Source: a virus | Taxonomy: Duplodnaviria; Heunggongvirae; Uroviricota; Caudoviricetes | Strand: one strand, 5' to 3' | Length of the DNA stretch: 26,780 nucleotides | IMG/VR virus record: IMGVR_UViG_2713897161_000007 | Shown here: in pieces, positions 8,863 through 16,017 of the stretch | How the letters are laid out: the number at the start of each line of letters is the position of its first letter | How positions within the stretch are numbered: position 1 is the stretch's first letter | Notes under the pieces: generated by a model | Told to the model about the DNA's origin: nothing | What the model saw: only the letters and a program-made list of their open reading frames with translations | Databases searched by the model: none | Program-made: the position numbers and the translations under genes

Positions 8863-9174
8863 ATGACGACACCAACCAGACGGATAAGTTTCTATCTGAA
8901 GCCCGCCGCCGTCAAGAACGAAGGAGAAGCATGCGCCTGGCTGGACAGCCTTACACCAGAAGCCCGCAAAAGCGGCCAACGCGTGGCTTTTCTGGCCGGG
9001 CTGGCACTTCTGAAGACGAATCCGGCAGAGGCTTACCGACTGGCCGCATGGGCTGATGATGAGATGTTACCTGTGACACAAATCAGCTCAAAAAAGTTTG
9101 AAGCACAGTCTGCACCAGTGGCTAAGATAACCAGCCAGATGGCTGGGAATATCCGGGCGTTATTTCCTGAGTAA
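8863..9174 (+). CDS. parR: ParR-like ribbon-helix-helix centromere-binding protein
   Basis: 104-aa product from ATG 8863. RISFYLKPA and RVAFLAGLAL resemble R1 ParR (TIAFKLNP, RAALTAGLAL). Directly follows parM. Confidence 0.65.
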   Translation: MTTPTRRISFYLKPAAVKNEGEACAWLDSLTPEARKSGQRVAFLAGLALLKTNPAEAYRLAAWADDEMLPVTQISSKKFEAQSAPVAKITSQMAGNIRALFPE

Positions 9175-9244
9175 AAGCATCTGCGCGAAAAATGCTCACG
9201 TTTATAGAGACAGTATCATTCCATTTGGCACACTTACTTCAATA

Positions 9245-9331
9245 ATCGATCTGTTAAACAAATAGATTGTCTATTATCTATCGATTAAAACGATCAATTA
9301 TCTTGACAGTAATGTGCCTTTTTGTAAGATC
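9245..9331 (+). promoter_or_regulatory. Nested palindromes (AATCGAT...ATCGATT; TAGAT...ATCTA) directly upstream of a sigma70-like promoter (TTGACA-16-TAAGAT)
   Basis: TTGACA at 9303-9308, TAAGAT at 9325-9330; inverted repeats at 9245-9286 abut the -35. Confidence 0.35.
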
Positions 9332-9363
9332 GTTCGCATTGTGAGCGACAAGATAATTGCGCG

Positions 9364-9515
9364 GCATTGTCCATGCAAAACGCCCCAATAGCAGCAACTA
9401 TTGGGGCGTAAAACTCGGTCGGACTCACTTAACCTGATATGCGTGCCTTCCGAAGTAAATCAAAATGTGCGTCGTATATTTTATTGCTTACACGCACCTC
9501 TGTAAAGGCACGCAT
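9364..9515 (+). promoter_or_regulatory. Structured 5' leader or small RNA: hairpin CGCCCCAATAG/CTATTGGGGCG, then a long-range stem ATGCGTGCCTT/AAGGCACGCAT enclosing an inner hairpin and followed by a T-run
   Basis: Inverted repeats read directly: 9383-9410 and 9438-9510, then ATTTTT. Two short uORFs (11 and 29 codons) lie in the leader. Confidence 0.3.
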
Positions 9516-9538
9516 ATTTTTCCTATGAGGTAAATAAA

Positions 9539-9808
9539 GTGCGGGCTAAAACAGGTATTTGCAAGAACCCTCATCGTTATAATCCAACATTTCTGTCTCT
9601 CCCTGAATATCAAGGACAAGAAGGTCGGCACAAATGCGCTGCCTGTGCTTTTGAGCTAGGCATAAAAGATGCGCTTGAAGGACGCGCTATGGCTCAGAAT
9701 GATTTAGTTTTAGCTAACATTCCGTTTAGCCAGGCTGGAACTGTAAGGCACAGAGATGCCTATGAAGCATATGTTCGTGGTTGGCGATTAATAAACAGCA
9801 ACAATTGA
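9539..9808 (+). CDS. Hypothetical 89-aa protein with Cys/His cluster (possible zinc-binding), cargo in the A-cos slot
   Basis: GTG start with GAGG RBS 8 nt upstream. C-x3-H and H-x-C-x2-C spacing (ICKNPH...HKCAACAFE). Followed by an intrinsic terminator. Confidence 0.5.
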   Translation: MRAKTGICKNPHRYNPTFLSLPEYQGQEGRHKCAACAFELGIKDALEGRAMAQNDLVLANIPFSQAGTVRHRDAYEAYVRGWRLINSNN

Positions 9809-9816
9809 TACTTTTG

Positions 9817-9840
9817 AAGCGCCGATAAGGCGCTTTTTTT
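9817..9840 (+). terminator. Rho-independent terminator
   Basis: Stem AAGCGCC/GGCGCTT with loop GATA, then TTTTTTT. Confidence 0.6.
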
Positions 9841-10293
9841 GTTTGCACGATAGTGCACAAGTTTGCACAATTTTTTTGAACGACTTTTTGTACTTCCGGC
9901 CCGCGTGGTGGCTGGATCCGTCAAGGATCCGTACGTGCACAAAAAAACGCGTTTTTTCTGCGCGCAGGTGACGGGGGAACAGCCCGCGTTTCAGGGGGTA
10001 AATAGCATCCCCTGAACGATGTCGCAGCGACACAACAGAATGGCTGTATTTCTCACGCTGAGCGTGAAAAAGACGTGAGGGCTTTTGATTTGATGGGTGG
10101 CAGATAAGGCCGTCAAAATCGCACTGAGGCGGCGAGAACATGCAGTCAACGCGGTGGGATTGCGTAAGAGTCTGACCGCCGATGATGACAATAAGCAGAA
10201 AAGCGTCGTGAAATTATCTGATTGATACAGGAGCTGGAGAGTCGGGGCATAAATTTTTTATGCCCCGGCGAAGCAGCAGACAAGCGAAGCGCG

Positions 10294-11340
10294 TCAGGAT
10301 GTGGGCTGGGTATCTAGCAGTGCGTAAGGGTTAAAGCGGATCACCTCTTCGCCAAGCCAGTCATTGATGTGCTTCATGGCCTCCATGACGGGCATCAGCT
10401 CGTTAATTGCGTAAACCCGCGCGGCCTTCTCCACATCACCAAACGCACTTTTTTCGCCCGGCATCGCCCCCATCAGTTGCGGCGGAACGCGGTGCGCAGC
10501 CAGCACATCATCACGGGATGCCGCCTTAACATTCATGAACTCATCCTTTGCAGTGATCTGCTGGAACGGCAAAATTTGCACACCTTCTTTGCCCCCGTTG
10601 GGCGCATGGATGAGTACGTTTTTAAACGCACCACCACCACGCGCGCCCTGTAACGTTTCTTTCAGGGAGTCCATGCTTTCGCGGTTTACCTGCGCTGCAC
10701 CGATGTAGATGATGCACCCGGCGTGGGATCCGTTGTCGTAGTACAGTTTTCTGAACATGTCCGCCGAATGAGAAAGGCTGGCCGAGAGTAATGCGCCAAG
10801 ATATTCCGGCATGCCGTAGATTTCCTGGTTAATATCCGGATTCATCAGGTGGCACACTTTGCCAGGGCGAAACTGGAACGCGTCCTTGCCATCCTGCACA
10901 TACCACCATGATTCAAGATCGCTTCCGCGTCGCATGTATTTCGCCAGGGCGTGCCGTAATTTAAGCGGTTCGCCGAGCATATTGCTTCTAAGCTCAAGGA
11001 ATGCGTTACCGAACACAAACCAGTCCAGCGCCAGCGCCGAGAAATCCTGCCGGGAAAGCAGCGGGTGCGGGATGTAGCAACCGAGTAATACATTGCGCTT
11101 AAAGTAAAGCGCAGACTGATGCCAGGACGTTTGCCGGGCTGCTCTTGCCAGACCGTACCAGTCCACCGGGGTTTCATACCACCGTCCGTTATCAGCACAG
11201 TACATATTGTCCAGCAGGTCATGCCCGGTCAGGCGATAAGGACCATCAAATGTGAATGCACTGAGCGATGATTCTTTCCTGAGCGCATCAGCGAGATCAA
11301 TGCGTGAACTCATGCGCACTTTTTTATTTTTTCTGCTCAT
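10294..11340 (-). CDS. Q: Portal protein, P2 gpQ homologue
   Basis: 348-aa ORF immediately downstream of terminase with overlapping stop/start; size and position match P2 Q. Confidence 0.85.
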   Translation of the reverse strand: MSRKNKKVRMSSRIDLADALRKESSLSAFTFDGPYRLTGHDLLDNMYCADNGRWYETPVDWYGLARAARQTSWHQSALYFKRNVLLGCYIPHPLLSRQDFSALALDWFVFGNAFLELRSNMLGEPLKLRHALAKYMRRGSDLESWWYVQDGKDAFQFRPGKVCHLMNPDINQEIYGMPEYLGALLSASLSHSADMFRKLYYDNGSHAGCIIYIGAAQVNRESMDSLKETLQGARGGGAFKNVLIHAPNGGKEGVQILPFQQITAKDEFMNVKAASRDDVLAAHRVPPQLMGAMPGEKSAFGDVEKAARVYAINELMPVMEAMKHINDWLGEEVIRFNPYALLDTQPTS

Positions 11341-13091
11341 CAGAACTCCATAACCGTGAAACGCTCGTTTTCTCCTTCGCCGCCAATCGGTTCGTTAATG
11401 ACAGCAAGCATGGTTGCCCACGCAAGGTCGCCGTGGCTGATCCCCCTCGCGCGGTCCGTTTCGTAAGTGATAAAGCCGCCCGGTGTTTTCACCTTACGCA
11501 CGGCGTTAAAGGCCGCGACCAGCTCGCGTTCGGCGCGATCGTATTCCCACCGCCCGGCACGCATTATTTGCAGCATTTTCAGTACCAGCGACCGTTTTGA
11601 TGACAGCGTGAAGGTGTACGGAATAGCAGCAGGGAAAAACCGTTTCACTATCTGATAAACAGCCTCCCCGTTCCCGCCCGTCACATCAATGCCGATGTGT
11701 TCCACGTTGTAGCGATACGTGAACTCTTCAATGACTCTGGCCTGTTCTTCAAACTCCAGCCCCTGAACGCGTCGCGTCTCCACCGTTCGAAAACGGCCAC
11801 CAAGAACAGCCGGAGGAACCACCACGGACACAGCGCCGCTGTCGCCGTTGCCACTACTGCCGTTTGCGTCATACCCAATCCATACCGGACGATTCCCCAT
11901 CGGGCGGGGAGCAAAAGGTTTCCAGTCTTTCCAGTCGTCGTATCCGTCAACACCGCAGCCAATCAGGATATTCAGGTTAAATGCCGATTCCCCTTCGCGG
12001 ACAAACTCACACATATAGAGATTGAGGAACTCGTCTTCGGTGTTTTCATCACGAATTTCGTCGATATCGGTGTGTTTCCAGCCGTGATTGACCACATCTT
12101 CCAGCGTGACAATTTGCCGCCACGTCCGGTCAGGGCAGATAAGCCCGTTATGCAGAGTTTTCCAGTCCACAGAAAAACGCTGGCGTTTATGCGTGGCCTT
12201 TTTCTCGTTCCAGCGGTCGCCGTTCCAGTAGGCGTATGCCTCGTGCGTTTCGGTGGATGGCGTGGAGAAGTAGGTGCGCCGCAGTCCGCTGAGGGTTGCC
12301 ATAGCGCCAGCCACCTTGCGCAGTTCAGCAAAGCGACTGACCCAGAAAAATTCATCAAAATAAAAATTGCCCGTATAGGACTGTGCCGACGCAGCAGAAG
12401 TGCCGAGAAAATGCAGCTCTGCGCCGTTGGAGAGGATGATTTTATCGCCCCCTTTCAGCTCCACATCAACTTCAGCCGCGGCCTTCTGAATAATGCTTTT
12501 AAACTGGAACGCCTGACGACGCGACGCAGACAAAAAAATCTGGTTACGCTGGTAAGGTTGCGCCACATCGTCACGCAGCGCCATCAGCAGAGCTTCCTGT
12601 GCAAAATACCAGGTCGCCCCAATCTGTCGGGATTTCAGGATCATCCTGTTACGTATCCCGGCTTCCCTGCAAAGGGTCAGGGAGTCAAACCAGCCCCGCT
12701 GATGCCACTCCAGCCTGCTGATGATTTTTTCCCGCAGTGCGGCAATCTGTTCCGGCGTGAAATGATTTTTGAGTTTTTTCGCCCGGCCTTTCTTTCCTGT
12801 GACCGTCGCATCCGGCTGGCCATCATGCAGTTTTTTAAGCTGCCGGGTCAGCAGGTCTATTTCCTTAAAGTCACCGCCTGTTTTATTCTGTTTTTCAGTA
12901 AGCTGGATGAGGCGCGCATCGATGGACTGCGTGACACGCTGCACGGGTGGCGTTTCATCCCACTGGTCGCGTTTTTTCCACGCATAAATCGTGTTCGGGT
13001 TTATTCCCATCAGACGTGATATTTCTGCGGGCGGATAACCCTGCCAGTAAAGTTGCCGCGCACGCTGGCGCACAAAAGCGTCCTGAATCAT
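11340..13091 (-). CDS. P: Terminase large (ATPase) subunit, P2 gpP homologue
   Basis: 583-aa ORF, close to P2 gpP length. Divergent from O, as in P2. Confidence 0.9.
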   Translation of the reverse strand: MIQDAFVRQRARQLYWQGYPPAEISRLMGINPNTIYAWKKRDQWDETPPVQRVTQSIDARLIQLTEKQNKTGGDFKEIDLLTRQLKKLHDGQPDATVTGKKGRAKKLKNHFTPEQIAALREKIISRLEWHQRGWFDSLTLCREAGIRNRMILKSRQIGATWYFAQEALLMALRDDVAQPYQRNQIFLSASRRQAFQFKSIIQKAAAEVDVELKGGDKIILSNGAELHFLGTSAASAQSYTGNFYFDEFFWVSRFAELRKVAGAMATLSGLRRTYFSTPSTETHEAYAYWNGDRWNEKKATHKRQRFSVDWKTLHNGLICPDRTWRQIVTLEDVVNHGWKHTDIDEIRDENTEDEFLNLYMCEFVREGESAFNLNILIGCGVDGYDDWKDWKPFAPRPMGNRPVWIGYDANGSSGNGDSGAVSVVVPPAVLGGRFRTVETRRVQGLEFEEQARVIEEFTYRYNVEHIGIDVTGGNGEAVYQIVKRFFPAAIPYTFTLSSKRSLVLKMLQIMRAGRWEYDRAERELVAAFNAVRKVKTPGGFITYETDRARGISHGDLAWATMLAVINEPIGGEGENERFTVMEF

Positions 13092-13245
13092 TGCTCCCCC
13101 TGAGTAATTACAGGAAGATTACCCGCGCGCGAAACTGTTCTCCTTAACCCCCTGTTCTGGCCGTTTTCTTACAACAAAATCCCTTTGTATCAGCCTGTTA
13201 CGCTTTGCCATCATGACTGAAGAACCAGTCAGAGGGGCAAAAACT

Positions 13246-14082
13246 ATGGCTAATGAAAAAAAGACATCCCGCAAAAAGTTTCGCGTGGCTGTCTCCGGAT
13301 CAACTGTTGATGGCCGTGAAATCAGTCCGGTGCATCTGCGTGAAGCCGCCGAGAACTTCAACCCGGATGTTTACGCTGCCCGCGTGAACGTTGAGCACTA
13401 TCTCTCGCCATGCCCGTCAAGCGAATTTTCCGCAATGGGCGATGTCACCGCGCTGAGTACGGAAGATATTACGGAAGGCCCGCTGGCCGGACGTACTGCG
13501 CTGTATGCAGAAATCGAACCGACCGAGCGCATGAAGCAGCTTGTCGCTGACGGCAAGAAAATCTATTCCAGTATCGAACTGCACCCGCAGTTCTCCGTTA
13601 ACGGGCGTGCCTATCTGGTCGGGCTGGCGATGACCGACACCCCGGCAAGCCTGGGCACTGAGCGCCTGAAATTCACGGCACAGCAGCGTCAGGCGGTGAT
13701 GACGTTCAACAGTATCCAGGGTGAAGCACCGCTTATCTCCGAAGCCATCGAGTCTGAAATCATCGAAATGGCAGAACAACGCCAGGAAGAAGGCACCCAG
13801 TGGTTTAACCGCGTAATGGGGATTATTGGTCGTGGCCGCAAAGCGGATGACGCCAGTTTCTCCCGTATTCAGGAAGCGGTGGAAGGCGTTGCAACATCAC
13901 AGGCCGACATTATCGACCGTTTTAATGTGCTGGAAACCCGCCATCAGTAGGACCGCCAGAAAATCACGTCACTGACCACAGAGCTGACAGCACTGAAGGA
14001 AAAACTGCGCACGCAGGACGGCGATCCGCAGAACCGCTTCACCGCAACGGGCGCAGCCTCCGACCAGCTGGCTGACTTCTGA
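13246..14082 (+). pseudogene. O: Capsid scaffold/protease gene (P2 gpO homologue) interrupted by an in-frame TAG at 13948-13950; frame continues 43 codons to TGA at 14080-14082
   Basis: N-terminus MANEKKTSRKKFRVAVSGSTVDGREIS matches the gpO pattern. After ...ETRHQ-TAG the same frame reads DRQKITSLTTELTALKEKLRTQ...QLADF with no internal ATG. Summed length is close to P2 gpO. Confidence 0.7.
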
Positions 14083-14105
14083 TAAGACAAAGGAGCAAAT
14101 TTTTT

Positions 14106-14744
14106 ATGAATCTGGTGATGTCAGATATTACCCGCAACAAGCTGGGGTGCTATATGGCGCAGCAGGCGTCGCTTAACAATATCCCGGTATCTGCACTGGT
14201 ATCGCGATTTACCGTGGAACCCGCGGTGCAGCAGCGTTTTGAAAACGCCTCAAAGGAAAGTACCGAATTTACGAAAAGAATTAACGTGATCGGCGTGACC
14301 GACCAGAAAGGCGAAAAAATCCTCCTGGACACCACCGGGCCAATTGCGCGCACGAATAGCAGTTATGACGGCATCAAACGCCGTAAAACGGTTTATGACG
14401 TGGCATCAGGGGACTCGTTATTTATTTCTGAACTCGGTCCATTACCGGAAAATGTTACCTGGTTGTCGCCGTATGGAGAGTATCAGAAGTGGAACGGCAC
14501 ATCCTGGGTGAAAGATGCAGAAGCAGAAAAACTGTTTCGGATAAGGGAGGCGGAAGAAACAAAAAACAGCCTGATGCAGGTAGCCAGCGAGCATATTGCG
14601 CCACTTCAGGATGCCGTAGATTTGGATATTGCAACGGAGGAAGAGGCATCGTTACTGGCTGCATGGAAGACATACCGGGTATTGTTGAATCGTGTTAATA
14701 CAGCGGTAGCAGCGGATGTTGAGTGGCCAGTCGCCCCACAATAA
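14106..14744 (+). CDS. Chimeric ORF: N-terminal ~90 aa of major capsid protein (gpN-like) fused in frame to the C-terminal ~120 aa of a tail fibre assembly protein (Tfa/gpG-like)
   Basis: Residues ~30-90 ([10 protein letters not shown]...[17 protein letters not shown]) match the P2 gpN N-terminus as remembered. Residues 94-212 ([23 protein letters not shown]...[11 protein letters not shown]...EWPVAP) match lambda/P2 Tfa C-termini. Junction near 14370-14385. Confidence 0.7.
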   Translation: MNLVMSDITRNKLGCYMAQQASLNNIPVSALVSRFTVEPAVQQRFENASKESTEFTKRINVIGVTDQKGEKILLDTTGPIARTNSSYDGIKRRKTVYDVASGDSLFISELGPLPENVTWLSPYGEYQKWNGTSWVKDAEAEKLFRIREAEETKNSLMQVASEHIAPLQDAVDLDIATEEEASLLAAWKTYRVLLNRVNTAVAADVEWPVAPQ

Positions 14745-14780
14745 AGAGAAAAAGCCATCGATTGAAATATAGATGGCTTT
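14745..14780. terminator. Hairpin between convergent genes; T-rich on the minus strand (terminator for the acetyltransferase gene)
   Basis: Stem AAGCCATC (14752-14759) / GATGGCTT (14772-14779); minus-strand reading is followed by TTTTTCTCTTT. Confidence 0.5.
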
Positions 14781-14787
14781 ATGTACT

Positions 14788-15393
14788 CTATTTATACAAT
14801 ACAACACCGCTCTTTTTAGTTATATATGTGCAGTTCGATGGTATATCTTTATTTATAAAAGACATTGCACCTATTTTTACATTATCCCCAATTTTACGTG
14901 ATAATCCAATGATGCAACAATTAGCTCCGATATCAACGTTACTACCAATTTTTACTCTTGAACCAGGCATGTCACCATCTATCTGTCCAATGGTAGTATT
15001 CTGTCGTAACACCAGATTTTCACCAGCATCAACAGCAAAATGAACAACAATTCCAGCATGATGGGGAATTGTTAACCCTTTTCCAATATTTGCGCCCAAT
15101 CCAATTTCACAACCAAATTTGTTAATTATTTTACTGTTTAACTTTTTGGCTGCTTTCTTATGTAATTTATTACCATTAATATACATTTCGTTAGCCAACC
15201 GCCACCAGAAAAGGAAATTCCGGTTACGCTGTTTTTTCTCTCTTAAAAGCCTCCAGATATCCATACGTTTCCGCCGAATTACTTCATATTTCCAGAAGTT
15301 TTTTAAATTAGTAGAGTCCCCAAATAAAACAAAGTGAATTGCCATTAAGTAAGACAGCACGATAATCTCCTTAATTATTATTTCAGACCACAC
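14788..15393 (-). CDS. Hexapeptide-repeat acetyltransferase, serine O-acetyltransferase (CysE/WcaB-like) family
   Basis: 201-aa ORF with left-handed beta-helix hexapeptide repeats (IGANIGKG, IGSNVDIGAN, IGDNVKIGAM) and a CysE-like segment before them. AT-rich. Start may be GTG at 15360 after AAGGAG. Confidence 0.8.
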   Translation of the reverse strand: MWSEIIIKEIIVLSYLMAIHFVLFGDSTNLKNFWKYEVIRRKRMDIWRLLREKKQRNRNFLFWWRLANEMYINGNKLHKKAAKKLNSKIINKFGCEIGLGANIGKGLTIPHHAGIVVHFAVDAGENLVLRQNTTIGQIDGDMPGSRVKIGSNVDIGANCCIIGLSRKIGDNVKIGAMSFINKDIPSNCTYITKKSGVVLYK

Positions 15394-15516
15394 ATATTAT
15401 AAGGTTAAGAGATTATAAAATCCTGTTGTTTGTTATTCAAAAACAATTTTCTGAGAAGGACATACAACAGCAAGTCGCCAGTCACCTTCATCAGGAAATT
15501 GGCGACATACGTTAAA

Positions 15517-16011
15517 TCAGAGCAGCCCCTTAACTGAGCTGGTCGCGCTATTAAGGGATGATGTCACCTTATCTTTGAAGCCGGACAACATATCGCTGAA
15601 CGATGAGGATTGCAGGCGCTCCCGCAAATCCTCATCACAGCGTTCAAGAGTCAGTGAAAATTCTATCTTTTTCGCCTTACCGTAGCGATCAAACTCGGAG
15701 CGGGTCGTATTCGTTTCGGTCAGGACATACATGCCGTAAATCTGCCCGACGCCATCAATCAGAGGCCAGGGCCGTCCTGTATACGCCTGCGTGGTCAGCA
15801 GAGACAGCGACACTTCGCCACCTGTAATTTCAGGATAAAGCACACCAGAAAGAACGATGCGATCATCACCTGCACCGATATACTGCCAGCTTGCTGAACG
15901 GTTAACGCGTTCATTTTTCACATGCCGCCAGCTTTTGTTTTGCTGTAACTGCTGATGCGGCAGCGTGCGCAGCTCAAAAACAAACATGCCATAGATCATC
16001 ATCATGGCCAT
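15517..16011 (-). CDS. U: Tail protein, P2 gpU homologue
   Basis: 164-aa ORF downstream of the tape measure gene; N-terminus MMMIYGMFVFELRTLPHQQLQ resembles gpU. Hairpin plus T-rich tract follows on the minus strand. Confidence 0.8.
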   Translation of the reverse strand: MAMMMIYGMFVFELRTLPHQQLQQNKSWRHVKNERVNRSASWQYIGAGDDRIVLSGVLYPEITGGEVSLSLLTTQAYTGRPWPLIDGVGQIYGMYVLTETNTTRSEFDRYGKAKKIEFSLTLERCDEDLRERLQSSSFSDMLSGFKDKVTSSLNSATSSVKGLL

Positions 16012-16017
16012 GACTCC

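Noticed and set aside
9245-9331. LexA (SOS) box controlling a Tum-like antirepressor in the 186-equivalent position
   Set aside because: I could not find a CTGT-N8-ACAG match in or around the promoter. The palindromes present have a different sequence.
9364-9515. Possible retron msr/msd RNA suggested by flanking inverted repeats in a defence hotspot
   Set aside because: No reverse transcriptase gene anywhere nearby, and the inverted repeats are only about 50 nt apart, too short for a retron. Kept only as a structured leader or sRNA candidate.
11697-13019. 440-aa plus-strand ORF
   Set aside because: Lies entirely antisense within the terminase gene P, which has clear homology support. Typical spurious antisense ORF in GC-rich coding DNA.
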